A stretch of 63,863 bases of DNA, counting the filler, from Octopus bimaculoides (Eukaryota), in assembly GCF_001194135.2 (NCBI RefSeq). It is 4 parts of 2 records of this genome, joined end to end, with 100 filler letters (N's around TTAATTAATTAA, not from the genome) between each part and the next. Parts side by side here need not be neighbours in the genome. Positions count along the whole stretch, not along the records: positions 1 to 29,667 come from NC_068984.1; 3 more parts are not named here. One strand, 5' to 3'. The notes under the pieces are model-generated. The model saw only the letters and a program-made list of their open reading frames with translations. It was not told the origin of the DNA and did not search any database. The position numbers and the translations under genes are program-made. Of the stretch, positions 10,943 to 21,811 are shown piece after piece (the stretch's first letter is position 1; each line of letters begins with the position of its first letter).

Positions 10943-12212
10943 AGTTAACCAAATATTGGTTTCGAATTTTGGCACAAGGCTAGCAATTTCTCGGGAGGAG
11001 ATAAGTCGATTACATCGACACTGGTGCACAACTGAAAGGATGAAAGGCAAAGTCGACCTCGGTGGAATTTGAGCTCAGAACACAAAGACTAAAGAAATAC
11101 CGCTAAACATCTTCCAGCTCACCGCCTTAATAACCCTTTCTACTATAGGCACAAGGCCTGAAATTTTGTGGGGAAGGGGCAAGTCGATTACATCGACCTC
11201 AGTACTAAAGTGGTACTTAATTTATCGACCTCGAAAGGATGAAAGGCAAAGTCAACCTCGGTGGAATTTGAACTCAGAACGTAGCAGCAGACGAAATACC
11301 GTTAAGCATTTCGCCCGGCGTGCTAACGATTCTGCCAGCTCACCACCTTTCACCGCTTTCATAATGNNNNNNNNNNNNNNNNNNNNNNNNNNNNNNNNNN
11401 NNNNNNNNNNNNNNNNNNNNNNNNNNNNNNNNNNNNNNNNNNNNNNNNNNNNNNNNNNNNNNNNNNNNNNNNNNNNNNNNNNNNNNNNNNNNNNNNNNNN
11501 NNNNNNNNNNNNNNNNNNNNNNNNNNNNNNNNNNNNNNNNNNNNNNNNNNNNNNNNNNNNNNNNNNNNNNNNNNNNNNNNNNNNNNNNNNNNNNNNNNNN
11601 NNNNNNNNNNNNNNNNNNNNNNNNNNNNNNNNNNNNNNNNNNNNNNNNNNNNNNNNNNNNNNNNNNNNNNNNNNNNNNNNNNNNNNNNNNNNNCAGAACG
11701 TAAAGACAGACGAAATGCCGCTAAACAATTCTGCCAGCTCGCTGCCTTAAGTTAACCAAATAATCAGATTTTGGCGCAACGCCAGTAGGTTCGGGTGGGG
11801 GTGGGGTGTAGGTGGGGTCAAAGTTGATTAAATTGACCCCAGTGTACAACTGGTTCTTATTTTATCGACCCCGAAAGGATGAAAGGCAAAGTCGACCTCG
11901 GTGGGATTTGAACTCAGAACGTAAAGACAGACGAAATACCGCTAAGCATCTTGTCCGGCTTGCTAACGATTCTGCCAGCTTGCTGCCTTAAGTTAACCAA
12001 ATAATCAAATTTTGGCGCATCGCCAGCAGGTTCGGATGAGCGGGATCAAAGTCGATTAAATTGACCCCAGTGTTCAACTGGGTCTTAATTTATCGACCCC
12101 GAATGGATAGATAAAAGGCAAAGTTGACCTCGCAGAATTTGAACTCAGAACATAAAGACAGACGAAATGCCGCTAAGCACCTTGTCCGGCGGGCAAACAA
12201 TTCTGCTAGCAA
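10943..12212 (-). mobile_element. Cluster/tandem array of at least five SINE family B copies
   Basis: Repeated CGACCCCGAAAGGATGAAAGGCAAAGTCGACCTCGG.GGAATTTGAACTCAGAACGTAAAGAC; units at 10965-11126, 11134-11347, 11694-11748, 11751-11990, 11991-12212; flank AGTTAACCAAATA repeated at 10943, 11750, 11991. Confidence 0.93.
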
Positions 12213-12569
12213 TAGATAGTGTGTGTTGACTAAATATTATACCACAGTAGCAAGAATTAACTATTTTAAAATACCATTGTAGTGGAAGTTTACTAAAATA
12301 TTACACCATTGCAGTGGGAGTTAATTAACTCTCATTACTGCTAGAGAACTATTATCTCTAATTGACCAACGTATCAATGGTATTATCTTCGGTTGGCCCT
12401 TACTTGTCTTAAAACCTTGCATTATCGATTATCCTGTCTCGTTACTGATAAACGGGATATCTGTGTGATTGTAATTCTTAATAAGATTAGAACCAATGAA
12501 AGGTCAAAGGTTATCGCTGATGGCTTGTACAGATGTCGCTCTTAGACAAATGATTTCGTTAAGAAGGGG

Positions 12570-13035
12570 GAAAAAAAGGAAAACGAGAAGGAAAAAGAAA
12601 AAAAAGGGGGAAGAGATGATGATGAGGACGATGAGGATGATGAGGAGGAGGAGGAAGAAGAAGAAGAAGAAGAAGAAGAAGAAAGAGAGAAAAGGAAGAA
12701 AAAGAAGAAAAGGGAGAAGAGATGATGAGGAGGACGACGATGATGAGGAAGAGGAGGAAGGAGAAAGGAAACGAAGAAAGAGAGAAAAAGAAGAAGAAGA
12801 CTAGCGAAAAAGAAGAAAGGAAGAAAAGGAAGAAGAGTGAAGAAGAAATAAAGGAAGAAAAAGAAGAAAAAGAACAAAGAGAAGAAGAAGAAGTGAAGAA
12901 AAAGAAGAAAATGGAGAAGAGGGAAGAAAATGGAGAAGAGGGAAGAAGAAATAAAAGAAGAAAAAGAGGGAAATGAGTGAAGAAGAAATAGAAGTAAAAG
13001 AAGAATAAGAAGAAGAAGAAGAGGAGGAGAAGGAA
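12570..13035. repeat. Polypurine low-complexity tract (GAA/GAG/GAT)n
   Basis: Directly visible; explains the K/E/R-rich and F/L/S-rich ORFs. Confidence 0.96.
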
Positions 13036-13263
13036 TAAGTGTAGCGGTCAAGTGGCCGTAGTGTAATAAGGTGTGTAGCCGTGAGAAACTGTGAGTTCCT
13101 GTCTGTCTCTCGACCATTTGATTTTCTTGTATTCATTATCTAAATTGCAGTTTCCGATTTGACACTGAGAAAAGACCAGATATTTTTGAATAGGAGGAAT
13201 AAAGACGATTAAATCGACCATTTGCGTTGGAATGATGGTTATTTATTTTATTGAAACTTCAAA

Positions 13264-13296
<33 letters not shown>

Positions 13297-13484
13297 AAAG
13301 GGCAAAAGTCGACTGCGACGCCTGAGCTCAAAACACGAAGAATGGCTTGATCGGGCATTTAATCCGGCAGTTTGTTTGCCTGGTTATCTTGCTGCTCTCT
13401 TCCTATGATCGATTCCCATATTTGTCTCAAAGAGCAGCATATTTGTACACCCTCTACGACAATTGAATATAACTGCTATCAGTA

Positions 13485-13650
13485 AGTCAGACTAAATGTT
13501 TCTTCCGGCTTTTTACGTTCTGATTTCAAATTCTGCTGTGGTTGACTTTGCCTTTCATCCTTTCGGGGTCGAAAAATTAAAGTGTCGATCGTGTGCCCTG
13601 TGCTCGAGGTAATCGACTACCCCTTCTCGAAATTGCTGGTCTTGTACGTG
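13485..13650 (+). mobile_element. SINE family B, degraded
   Basis: TTACGTTCTGATTTCAAATTC..GTTGACTTTGCCTTTCATCCTTTCGGGGTCGA. Confidence 0.8.
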
Positions 13651-13814
13651 CCCGTCGCTAAGGGAATGCACTGGACGGTACTGTCTCCTTACAATCGACG
13701 GTACTGTCCCCTTACACTGAAACACTTATTTCAAAACTCCACTTCAAATTAGTGCCCACCCTAAATATTCTGAAGCACTCCCAGGCACCAAAGTCTGGTG
13801 ACAGACCTGATCTT

Positions 13815-14060
13815 CATTATTTACATTATTTACATTTGACGGATATTTGTCCTCATCTTGTTTGTTGATAACACAACGTTTCGGCTGATATACCCTCCAG
13901 CCTTCATCAGGTGTCTTGGGGAAACTTCGAACCTGGGTTCTCATTTCTAAGGTATTTTTCGATATTATTATTATCATTATTATTCAGGTCACTGCCTGGA
14001 ATCGAACTCGGAATCTTGGCGTTAGTAGTCCATGCTCCTAACCACTACGCCATATGCCCG
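13815..14060 (-). mobile_element. tRNA-headed SINE carrying a hammerhead-ribozyme motif in its 3' region
   Basis: A box TGGCGTAGTGG (14052-14042), B box GAGTTCGATTCC (14009-13998), (AAT)n linker, unique body, hammerhead core at 13915-13870, tail AATGTAAATAATGTAAATAATG. Confidence 0.82.
13870..13915 (-). ncRNA. Minimal type I hammerhead ribozyme motif
   Basis: GACAC-CUGAUGA-A-GGCUG-(GAGGGUAUAU)-CAGCC-GAAA-C-G-U-U-GUGUU: 5-bp stem I, 5-bp stem II, intact core, palindromic AACGUU stem III; predicted cut between 13875 and 13874. Confidence 0.8.
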
Positions 14061-14091
14061 TTTCAAAATTAGAAGGAATATTATTGGTATC

Positions 14092-14400
14092 AGTGTGAAG
14101 GCGTGTGGCCTAGTGGTTAGGGTATTGCATTTAGGATTGCAAGATTGTGGTTTCGATTTCCGGACCGATTCCAAGCGGTTTGTTGTGTTATTGAGCAAAA
14201 TTCTTCATTTCATGCTCTGCGATCACATTGACACCTGACACGTGGTAAACTGTGCATCTGTTCAGGCAACGCCGATTTGATGGAGGGAGCGAACAATTGT
14301 ACAGTCCAGACATTTGATCATTACAAAACAAAAATCATTTGTGCAGGTTGTTCAAAAGAAGTTGCAGAACCCTCCTTTCGTCTACGACAGGAAAGTCCGC
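14092..14400 (+). mobile_element. tRNA-headed SINE (family E), diverged
   Basis: GTGAAGGCGTGTGGCCTAGTGGTTAGGG (A box), GGTTTCGATTTCC (B box), then TTGAGCAAAA..TTCATTTCATGCTC body shared with 39270-39422. Confidence 0.7.
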
Positions 14401-14444
14401 CACTGGTACCAGTAATAAAATGAGGGCGACCAAAGTTAAATATA

Positions 14445-14658
14445 CTTTTCTATTCTATGCATAAGGCCCGAAATTTTTTGGGAGGGGGCCAATCGATTAG
14501 ATCGACCTCAGTATGCAACTGGTACTTAAGTTATCGACCCCTAAAGTATGAAAGGCAAAATCGACCTCGGCGGAATTTGAACTCAGAACGTAAAGACAGA
14601 CGAAATACCGCTAAGCATTTCGCCCGGCGTGCTAACGATTCTGCCAGCTCGCCGCCTT
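14445..14658 (-). mobile_element. SINE family B, full length with 16-bp TSD
   Basis: ACCAAAGTTAAATATA at 14429-14444 and 14659-14674 flanks a complete copy. Confidence 0.95.
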
Positions 14659-14984
14659 ACCAAAGTTAAATATAGCCATGAAGAATTGGGATTTTAGAAC
14701 TGAGAACGGGTAAACGTAACTAAATACAATCAAACGAATGGTCGCACGATTTGCTAAAAATGGCGGTTAAATCTCTCACAAATCGTACCTAATCATCTTC
14801 AAATTTGAAGGACATATTGGATAGCATAGTTCTGGATACTTTGCCAGAAGTATAATCGGGATCGGCAAGGTTGGAATATATTTGAATATAGGTCTGTTTA
14901 TTCAAAGAACACAAATGGCTAAAAAAAAACAAAAAAACAACAACAACAACAACAGCAGCAGCAGCAGCAATAGCTACAGCAACA

Positions 14985-15188
14985 GTTGTTGTTGTTGGCA
15001 CTCCGTCGCTTATGACGTCGAGGGTTCCCGTTGATCCGATCAACGGAACAGCCCGCTCGTGAAATTAACGTGCAAGTGGCTGAGCACTCCACAGACACGT
15101 GTACCCTTAACGTAGTTCTCGGGGATATTCAGCGTGACACAGTGTGACAAGGCTGACCCTTTGAATTACAGGCACAACAGAAACAGGA
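14985..15188 (-). mobile_element. SINE/retroposon family C 3' part with (AAC)n tail
   Basis: GTTGTTGGCACTCCGTCGCTTA.GACGTCGAGGGTTCC..ACAGACACGTGTACCCTTAACGTAG; near-identical to 29372 and 63628. Confidence 0.92.
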
Positions 15189-15747
15189 NNNNNNNNNNNN
15201 NNNNNNNNNNNNNNNNNNNNNNNNNNNNNNNNNNNNNNNNNNNNNNNNNNNNNNNNNNNNNNNNNNNNNNNNNNNNNNNNNNNNNNNNNNNNNNNNNNNN
15301 NNNNNNNNNNNNNNNNNNNNNNNNNNNNNNNNNNNNNNNNNNNNNNNNNNNNNNNNNNNNNNNNNNNNNNNNNNNNNNNNNNNNNNNNNNNNNNNNNNNN
15401 NNNNNNNNNNNNNNNNNNNNNNNNNNNNNNNNNNNNNNNNNNNNNNNNNNNNNNNNNNNNNNNNNNNNNNNNNNNNNNNNNNNNNNNNNNNNNNNNNNNN
15501 NNNNNNNNNNNNNNNNNNNNNNNNNNNNNNNNNNNNNNNNNNNNNNNNNNNNNNNNNNNNNNNNNNNNNNNNNNNNNNNNNNNNNNNNNNNNNNNNNNNN
15601 NNNNNNNNNNNNNNNNNNNNNNNNNNNNNNNNNNNNNNNNNNNNNNNNNNNNNNNNNNNNNNNNNNNNNNNNNNNNNNNNNNNNNNNNNNNNNNNNNNNN
15701 NNNNNNNNNNNNNNNNNNNNNNNNNNNNNNNNNNNNNNNNNNNNNNN

Positions 15748-15903
15748 TCCCCGTAACTTAGCGGTTCGGCAAAAGAGACTGATAGAATAAGTACTAGGCA
15801 TCTAAAGAATAAGTCCTGGGGTCGATTTGCTCGACTAAAAGGCGGTGCTCCAGCATGGCCACAGTCAAATGACTGAAACAAGTAAAAGAGTAAAAGAGTA
15901 AAA
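15748..15903 (+). mobile_element. SINE family A 3' module with (TAAAAGAG)n tail
   Basis: CCCCGTAACTTAGCGGTTCGGCAAAAGAGAC..AAGTAAAAGAGTAAAAGAG. Confidence 0.93.
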
Positions 15904-16060
15904 CAGTAACAGCAACATCACCACCTCCAACAACAACCACAGTAACAACAAGAACAACAAGAATAACAAGAATAACTGCAGCAGCAACACCAGCAGCAGC
16001 GACGCCATCAACAGCGCCATCAGCATCAACAGCGGGCAACATGGACGACAGCGGAGACGA
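15903..16060. repeat. (CAA/CAG)n-derived low-complexity tract
   Basis: Directly visible. Confidence 0.85.
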
Positions 16061-16309
16061 CGTAACTAAATCCCCGCCATGCATTTTAATCTGGCCCAAC
16101 CGCTCTCCGTTTACTGCTCACCTCTCTCTCTTTTTTCGTGTGGTTAAGGATGGAACGGAGAAGACTAAAAGACACACGCATGCACTTTAACTAGTAGCAG
16201 ACTGCCTAATACATCCTACTACTAACTTCACAGGATCAAGCAATAATAATCGATTTCTACCGATTCATCAACACCACAGTCTAGACGTAAGAACACCGGC
16301 ATCGTCGTC

Positions 16310-16385
16310 GTCGTCGTCGTCGTTGTTGTTGTTGTTGCTGCTGCAGCTGTTGTTGTTGTTATTGTTGTTGTTGTTGTTGTTGTTG
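16310..16385. repeat. (GTC)n/(GTT)n microsatellite, probably the tail of a family F fragment (16370-16445)
   Basis: Directly visible. Confidence 0.9.
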
Positions 16386-17172
16386 CTTAACTCTAATTTA
16401 GCAACGATCGAGCAGACATGCGATCACAACGGTAGCACGACTGCTAGGTGGCGNNNNNNNNNNNNNNNNNNNNNNNNNNNNNNNNNNNNNNNNNNNNNNN
16501 NNNNNNNNNNNNNNNNNNNNNNNNNNNNNNNNNNNNNNNNNNNNNNNNNNNNNNNNNNNNNNNNNNNNNNNNNNNNNNNNNNNNNNNNNNNNNNNNNNNN
16601 NNNNNNNNNNNNNNNNNNNNNNNNNNNNNNNNNNNNNNNNNNNNNNNNNNNNNNNNNNNNNNNNNNNNNNNNNNNNNNNNNNNNNNNNNNNNNNNNNNNN
16701 NNNNNNNNNNNNNNNNNNNNNNNNNNNNNNNNNNNNNNNNNNNNNNNNNNNNNNNNNNNNNNNNNNNNNNNNNNNNNNNNNNNNNNNNNNNNNNNNNNNN
16801 NNNNNNNNNNNNNNNNNNNNNNNNNNNNNNNNNNNNNNNNNNNNNNNNNNNNNNNNNNNNNNNNNNNNNNNNNNNNNNNNNNNNNNNNNNNNNNNNNNNN
16901 NNNNNNNNNNNNNNNNNNNNNNNNNNNNNNNNNNNNNNNNNNNNNNNNNNNNNNNNNNNNNNNNNNNNNNNNNNNNNNNNNNNNNNNNNNNNNNNNNNNN
17001 NNNNNNNNNNNNNNNNNNNNNNNNNNNNNNNNNNNNNNNNNNNNNNNNNNNNNNNNNNNNNNNNNNNNNNNNNNNNNNNNNNNNNNNNNNNNNNNNNNNN
17101 NNNNNNNNNNNNNNNNNNNNNNNNNNNNNNNNNNNNNNNNNNNNNNNNNNNNNNNNNNNNNNNNNNNNNNNN

Positions 17173-17393
17173 TGTGTGTGTGTGTGTGTGTTTGCGTGTC
17201 TGTGTTTGTCCCCCTAGCATTGCTTGGCAACCGATGCTGGTGTGTTTATGTCCCCGTAACTTAGCGGTTCAGCAAAAGAGTCCGATAGAATAAGTACTAG
17301 ACTTACAAAGAATAAGTCCTGGGGTCGATTTTCTCGACTAAAGGTGGTGCCCCAGCATGGCCACAATCAAATCACTGAAACAAGTAAAAGAGT
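17173..17393 (+). mobile_element. SINE family A 3' half
   Basis: (TG)n then GTGTTTGTCCCC..GACTGAAACAAGTAAAAGAG equivalent. Confidence 0.92.
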
Positions 17394-17399
17394 ATTGGT

Positions 17400-17580
17400 A
17401 TGTATTGCTAGAAACAGGTTTCTTACGCTAACATTTTACATAATTAATGTGTGAAAAACAAAATAGGAATTGTAAAAGAAATTTCTATAAAACTAGTAAA
17501 CATTGAATGGCTCTGGGGGTACACCACAATAAAATCGTAATCAAAGGGGTCCATAGGTGAAAAATGGTTGAGAACCCCTG
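17400..17580. mobile_element. hAT (Charlie-like) MITE right end
   Basis: Ends AAAATGGTTGAGAACCCCTG (reverse complement CAGGGGTTCTCAACC, a typical hAT TIR); left end not found. Confidence 0.55.
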
Positions 17581-17629
17581 CTCTAATGCTAATTTATGTA
17601 TGCTGTGGTTAAGGGGTCCCTGGACATTG

Positions 17630-17985
17630 CTAGTACTTATTCTATCGGTGTCTTTTGCCGAACTGCTACGTTACGAGGACATAAACACACCAGCATCGGT
17701 TGTCAAGCAATGCTAGGGAGACAAACACAGACACACAAACATGCACACACACACACACATATATATACATATATACGACGGGCTTCTTTCAGTTTCCGTC
17801 TACCAAATCCGCTCACAAGGCTTTGGTCGGCCTAAGGCTATAGTAGAAGACACTTGCCCGAGTTTCAACGCAGTAGGACTGTACCCGGAACCATGTGGTT
17901 GGTAAGCAAGCTTCTTACCACAGCACCATATAGTTGAACTCAGGACCATATGGTTGAGAAGCAAGCTTCTTACCACACAGTCGAG
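17630..17985 (-). mobile_element. SINE family A, 3'-truncated, with duplicated head segment
   Basis: Head segment (ACCAT.TGGTT..AAGCAAGCTTCTTACCACA) occurs twice, at ~17890-17920 and ~17945-17980. Confidence 0.88.
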
Positions 17986-18469
17986 GAAATCAGCAATCAT
18001 TTTGCGCTTATAACAAGTAAAGTGTAAGAGAATTCAGGAGAGTTGATTAGTCCAGTTGCAAGCGAGGATGGAAAATATTAACGTTTCGGATTTTAGTCAT
18101 TCATCAGAAAGTGAAATAGCGAGGAAGAGAAAAAGAGAGAAGAAAGCATTCTTGTAACTTTGTTGTCCTATATCTAATGTGACAACCGCTTTTTCTATCT
18201 CTTACTAGTACGTGAAGGATAAGGGCCTGCAATGTTAGGCAGTTCCAATGGTGTAGTATAACGCTGAAGTGGTTTTTCTGTATATGTAAAGAAGCAAAAG
18301 TTCAACCGAAACAAAAGCCGCGCAAAAGTGGACCTGGGAAAATTAAGCTCCGTGTAAACTGAGGGAAAACTGTATATGTATCTTGAATATATATCCGTCC
18401 GTTTTTTTTTTTATAATCTAGGTTATGTACACATTTGTATAGGTACAGATACGTATACACACACACCAC

Positions 18470-18541
18470 TCATAGATAAATATATACATTCACAAATAAC
18501 AACACATATACGTGTAAGTATATGTAATATGCATATATGTA

Positions 18542-18603
<62 letters not shown>

Positions 18604-18899
18604 TATACGCACACATAGACACACACATGCACACAGCGCATATGCACATGCATACACACAGCACAAACACATACAGATATATATATAGCTACAGGTGTGT
18701 GCGTGTGTACGTATAGCAATATGCATATATCTGTATATACATATGAATGCATGCATGTGTATTTATGAATACACACATACACACACGCGCACGTGCACAC
18801 GCACATGTATACGTGTTCATATTTATATAGGTGTATAATACAGTTTTAATCTAGATATATTTTAGATATATTTTATGCGGCTTCTATTTATCATGTTTA

Positions 18900-18994
<95 letters not shown>

Positions 18995-19010
18995 ACATAT
19001 ATATATATTT
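18470..19010. repeat. Compound (TA)n/(CA)n/(TG)n microsatellite region
   Basis: Directly visible. Confidence 0.96.
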
Positions 19011-19920
19011 CTTTAAATATTCTATCTTGATTTATTTTCCTTTCCATTAGTCTTCTCATATTAGCCTGATTAAAACGAGCTAATCTTCCGTACGTAGAAA
19101 ACCGTTTTCCTTCATCACCGGATCTTGATCGCCTGATATAAACTTAAGGCAGTTTTTCCTTTACGTTAGCTAGTCTTTTTGTTGTTTAATTTTGGACTCA
19201 TTTTTAATCCTTTAAGTTTTTTACCTCCAAATATTATTCGCTTCAGCATTATTTTTGTTTATACGTTGTTTTCATATATTTTTGTATAATATTTATTAGT
19301 CTAATTATTTATTTTCAGTTTTGTTCAGTAATTTTAAATAGAATATTAGGTTGACATGCAGTTTACATGCAGTAAAATAGTGAAAGTATATTGTCCTAAA
19401 AACATGAAAGTAAATTACGATTGAAGCTGGAAATGACAGTGTCACCAGAATTTCATAAAATACGTTTGATATCCGGTTTCTTATGTGTGTCTAGGCAACT
19501 TCTCTACTCATGAATTTGTCAGCCATTCACTCAGTTTTGTTGATCCAAACGATGACAGCATCCATACACGGATTATAGAAAGTCGACGGAAACTTAGGCG
19601 ACAATGTGATTAGTGATGATTAATTTACATCATATTTTTATAAGCATCTCTGGCGAAACAAATTTAGAAATCGTGGATAAAAACTATTCATGAATGTCAC
19701 GTTTTCTCCGTAAATGTAACCCCCTCCCACGAAGGTGTTGAATTTGAGTCCATATTTTGAAGGCAAAATATTGTTATTTTGACCTTTCACAAGACGCGGT
19801 CCTATTTTGAGACAAACGCGCTGCAGCAGGGTCACACTTCTTTAATGAAGTCAAGCAAAGATAAAATAAACGATGGACAGGAGGCTGGTAATGGCATCAA
19901 AGCATTTATAAATAAGCTAT

Positions 19921-20292
19921 ACAGCGTGACTGTGTGAGAAGAAGTTTGCTTCCCAGTCACATGGTTCCGAGTTCAATCCCAATGCGTAACACCTTGCGCA
20001 AATTTCTTCTATTATAGCCCAGGGCCGACCAAAGCCTTGTGAGTGTATTTGATAAACGGAAGAAACCCGTCTATGTCTATATCAATGTGTGTGTGTGTAT
20101 CTTTGTGTATATGCTTGTTCGCCCCAACATGGTTTGACAACCGGTATTGTTTTGTTTACGTCACCGTAACTTAGCGGTTCGGCATCAGAGACCAATAGAA
20201 TAAGTACCAAACTTAAGAAAAATAAGTACTGGGGTCAATTCAATGTGGTGCTTCAGCATGGCCGCAGTCCAATGATTGAAACGTAAAAGATA
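19921..20292 (+). mobile_element. SINE family A, full length, diverged
   Basis: Head, central tract and 3' module present. Confidence 0.9.
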
Positions 20293-20674
20293 AAACAATA
20301 AAAGTTATAAAGTGTTATATAAATATAATTAAACAGAAAGCAGGAAAAAAGGAAGTTCATTGTAGTTCTTTATAGATAAGCAGTTATCCGGAGATTTCTT
20401 ACATTAACATATCAGAAAAGAGAGAAGGGAAATCAAGCCAGTACTTTACAGCTGTTTCTGAGGTTGGGTGATTTGTAAGTGTGCATTGTGCCTACATATA
20501 CTTGTACTAAACTGGTGTTAGCAAATGCATTTGAAATGACACAAATTTAAGTTATAACTGGAGTGTCACCGACCCCTTCTTCAGAAGGGATAAAGCAAAT
20601 ATGCATACATGCATACATATGTAAATACATACAAGCAGGCATGCACACATAGAGGCATACATACATGCATACGT

Positions 20675-20885
20675 ACATTGGTTTTAAACACAGGATCAAG
20701 ACCACACGTTATAAGGGAGGAACCAGAGAAAATGAAATCGACCTCAACTTGACTGATACATATTTAAACGCCCTTTAATCGATTCTGGAAGAATGATAGG
20801 CAAAGATGGCCAGAGCAAAATATGAACTCAGAACATGAAGAGGCGTAACTAAATATTTCAGAACAGTTTGTCCAGCAACCTACAG
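20675..20885 (-). mobile_element. SINE family B, old degraded copy
   Basis: AATCGACCTCAAC..GAATGATAGGCAAAG..TATGAACTCAGAAC. Confidence 0.6.
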
Positions 20886-21031
20886 TTTTATTTCCATTCA
20901 GTTCACTTTTGTAATATATAATAATTGATAATCTGTCCTTGGTTACATTTAACGACTCTTCAAGTATGTTAGAAAGGATCTTTACATCTGTTTCGTAAAA
21001 AGGCGGAAATTATAATTCTTATTTTTACAAT

Positions 21032-21452
21032 AGGCGCAGACATAGTTGTGTGATTAAAAAGCTCGATTTTCAACTGCGTGATTTCCGATACAGTCCTAGT
21101 GCGCGGCACTTCGGGTGGTGACTTTTATTATATCCCTGGGCCTTCCAATGCCTTGTTAGTGAATTCGATTGACGGAAACTTTGTGGAAGCTCATCGTATA
21201 TATGCGTATATATGCATATGTGCATGTGACTTTCTGCTTGTGTTTGTCCGTCCGGGCATACATCAGTTGACAACCGGAGTTGGTTCATTTACGTCCCGTA
21301 ACTAAACGGTTCTGCAAGTAGAGAATCAACAGAATAATTACCTAACTTTAAAAAAAAAGTACAGGGTGGGGGGGCCGATTTTTCCGACTTAACCTGTCGA
21401 GGCGATGTCCCAGTAAAGCTGAAGTCAATAACTGTAACAGGAAAAAGATAAA
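21032..21452 (+). mobile_element. SINE family A, old diverged copy
   Basis: AGGCGCAGACATAGTTGTGTG head; ATTGACGGAAACT; GTCCCGTAACT..CAGAATAA 3' module. Confidence 0.8.
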
Positions 21453-21623
21453 AGACAAACGTTTAGAAGGGTTTCAATCTCTTTTAACTTCCTGATACAC
21501 ACTTTAGAACGACCCCTGCTGATGTTTATCAGGATTAAATTATCAACCAATCACAACACAACAGCCTTATCTTAAAGCCTGTTCAGTACTCGTTAAGCAC
21601 CCCACCCTATCACTACTTAAACT

Positions 21624-21780
21624 ATGATAGTGGCTGTGTGGTAAGACGCTTGCTTCCCAACCATATAGTTACGGGTTCAGTCCCGCTGCGTGGCACCTTG
21701 GGCAAGTGTCTTCTACTGTAGCTTCGGGCCAACCAAAGACTTGTGAGTGGATTTGGTAGACAGAAACTGAAAGAAGCCAG

Positions 21781-21811
<31 letters not shown>

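Noticed and set aside
10943-12212. CRISPR-like regularly spaced repeats
   Set aside because: Eukaryotic context; units are ~220-240-bp SINEs without unique spacers or cas genes.
12496-13136. K/R/E-rich and F/L/S-rich ORFs
   Set aside because: Low-complexity purine tract; no splice context or domain.
13984-14060. tRNA gene (also the heads at 14092, 30673, 31900, 39380)
   Set aside because: A/B boxes are present but acceptor and T stems do not pair and they continue into SINE bodies.
15794-16099. Hydrophobic minus-strand ORF resembling a membrane protein
   Set aside because: Antisense of a (CAA/CAG)n-derived tract running into a SINE A tail.
20560-20590. Hammerhead variant CUGAAGA-AGGGGUC on the minus strand
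   Set aside because: No GAAA box after the putative stem II; at most a badly decayed relic.
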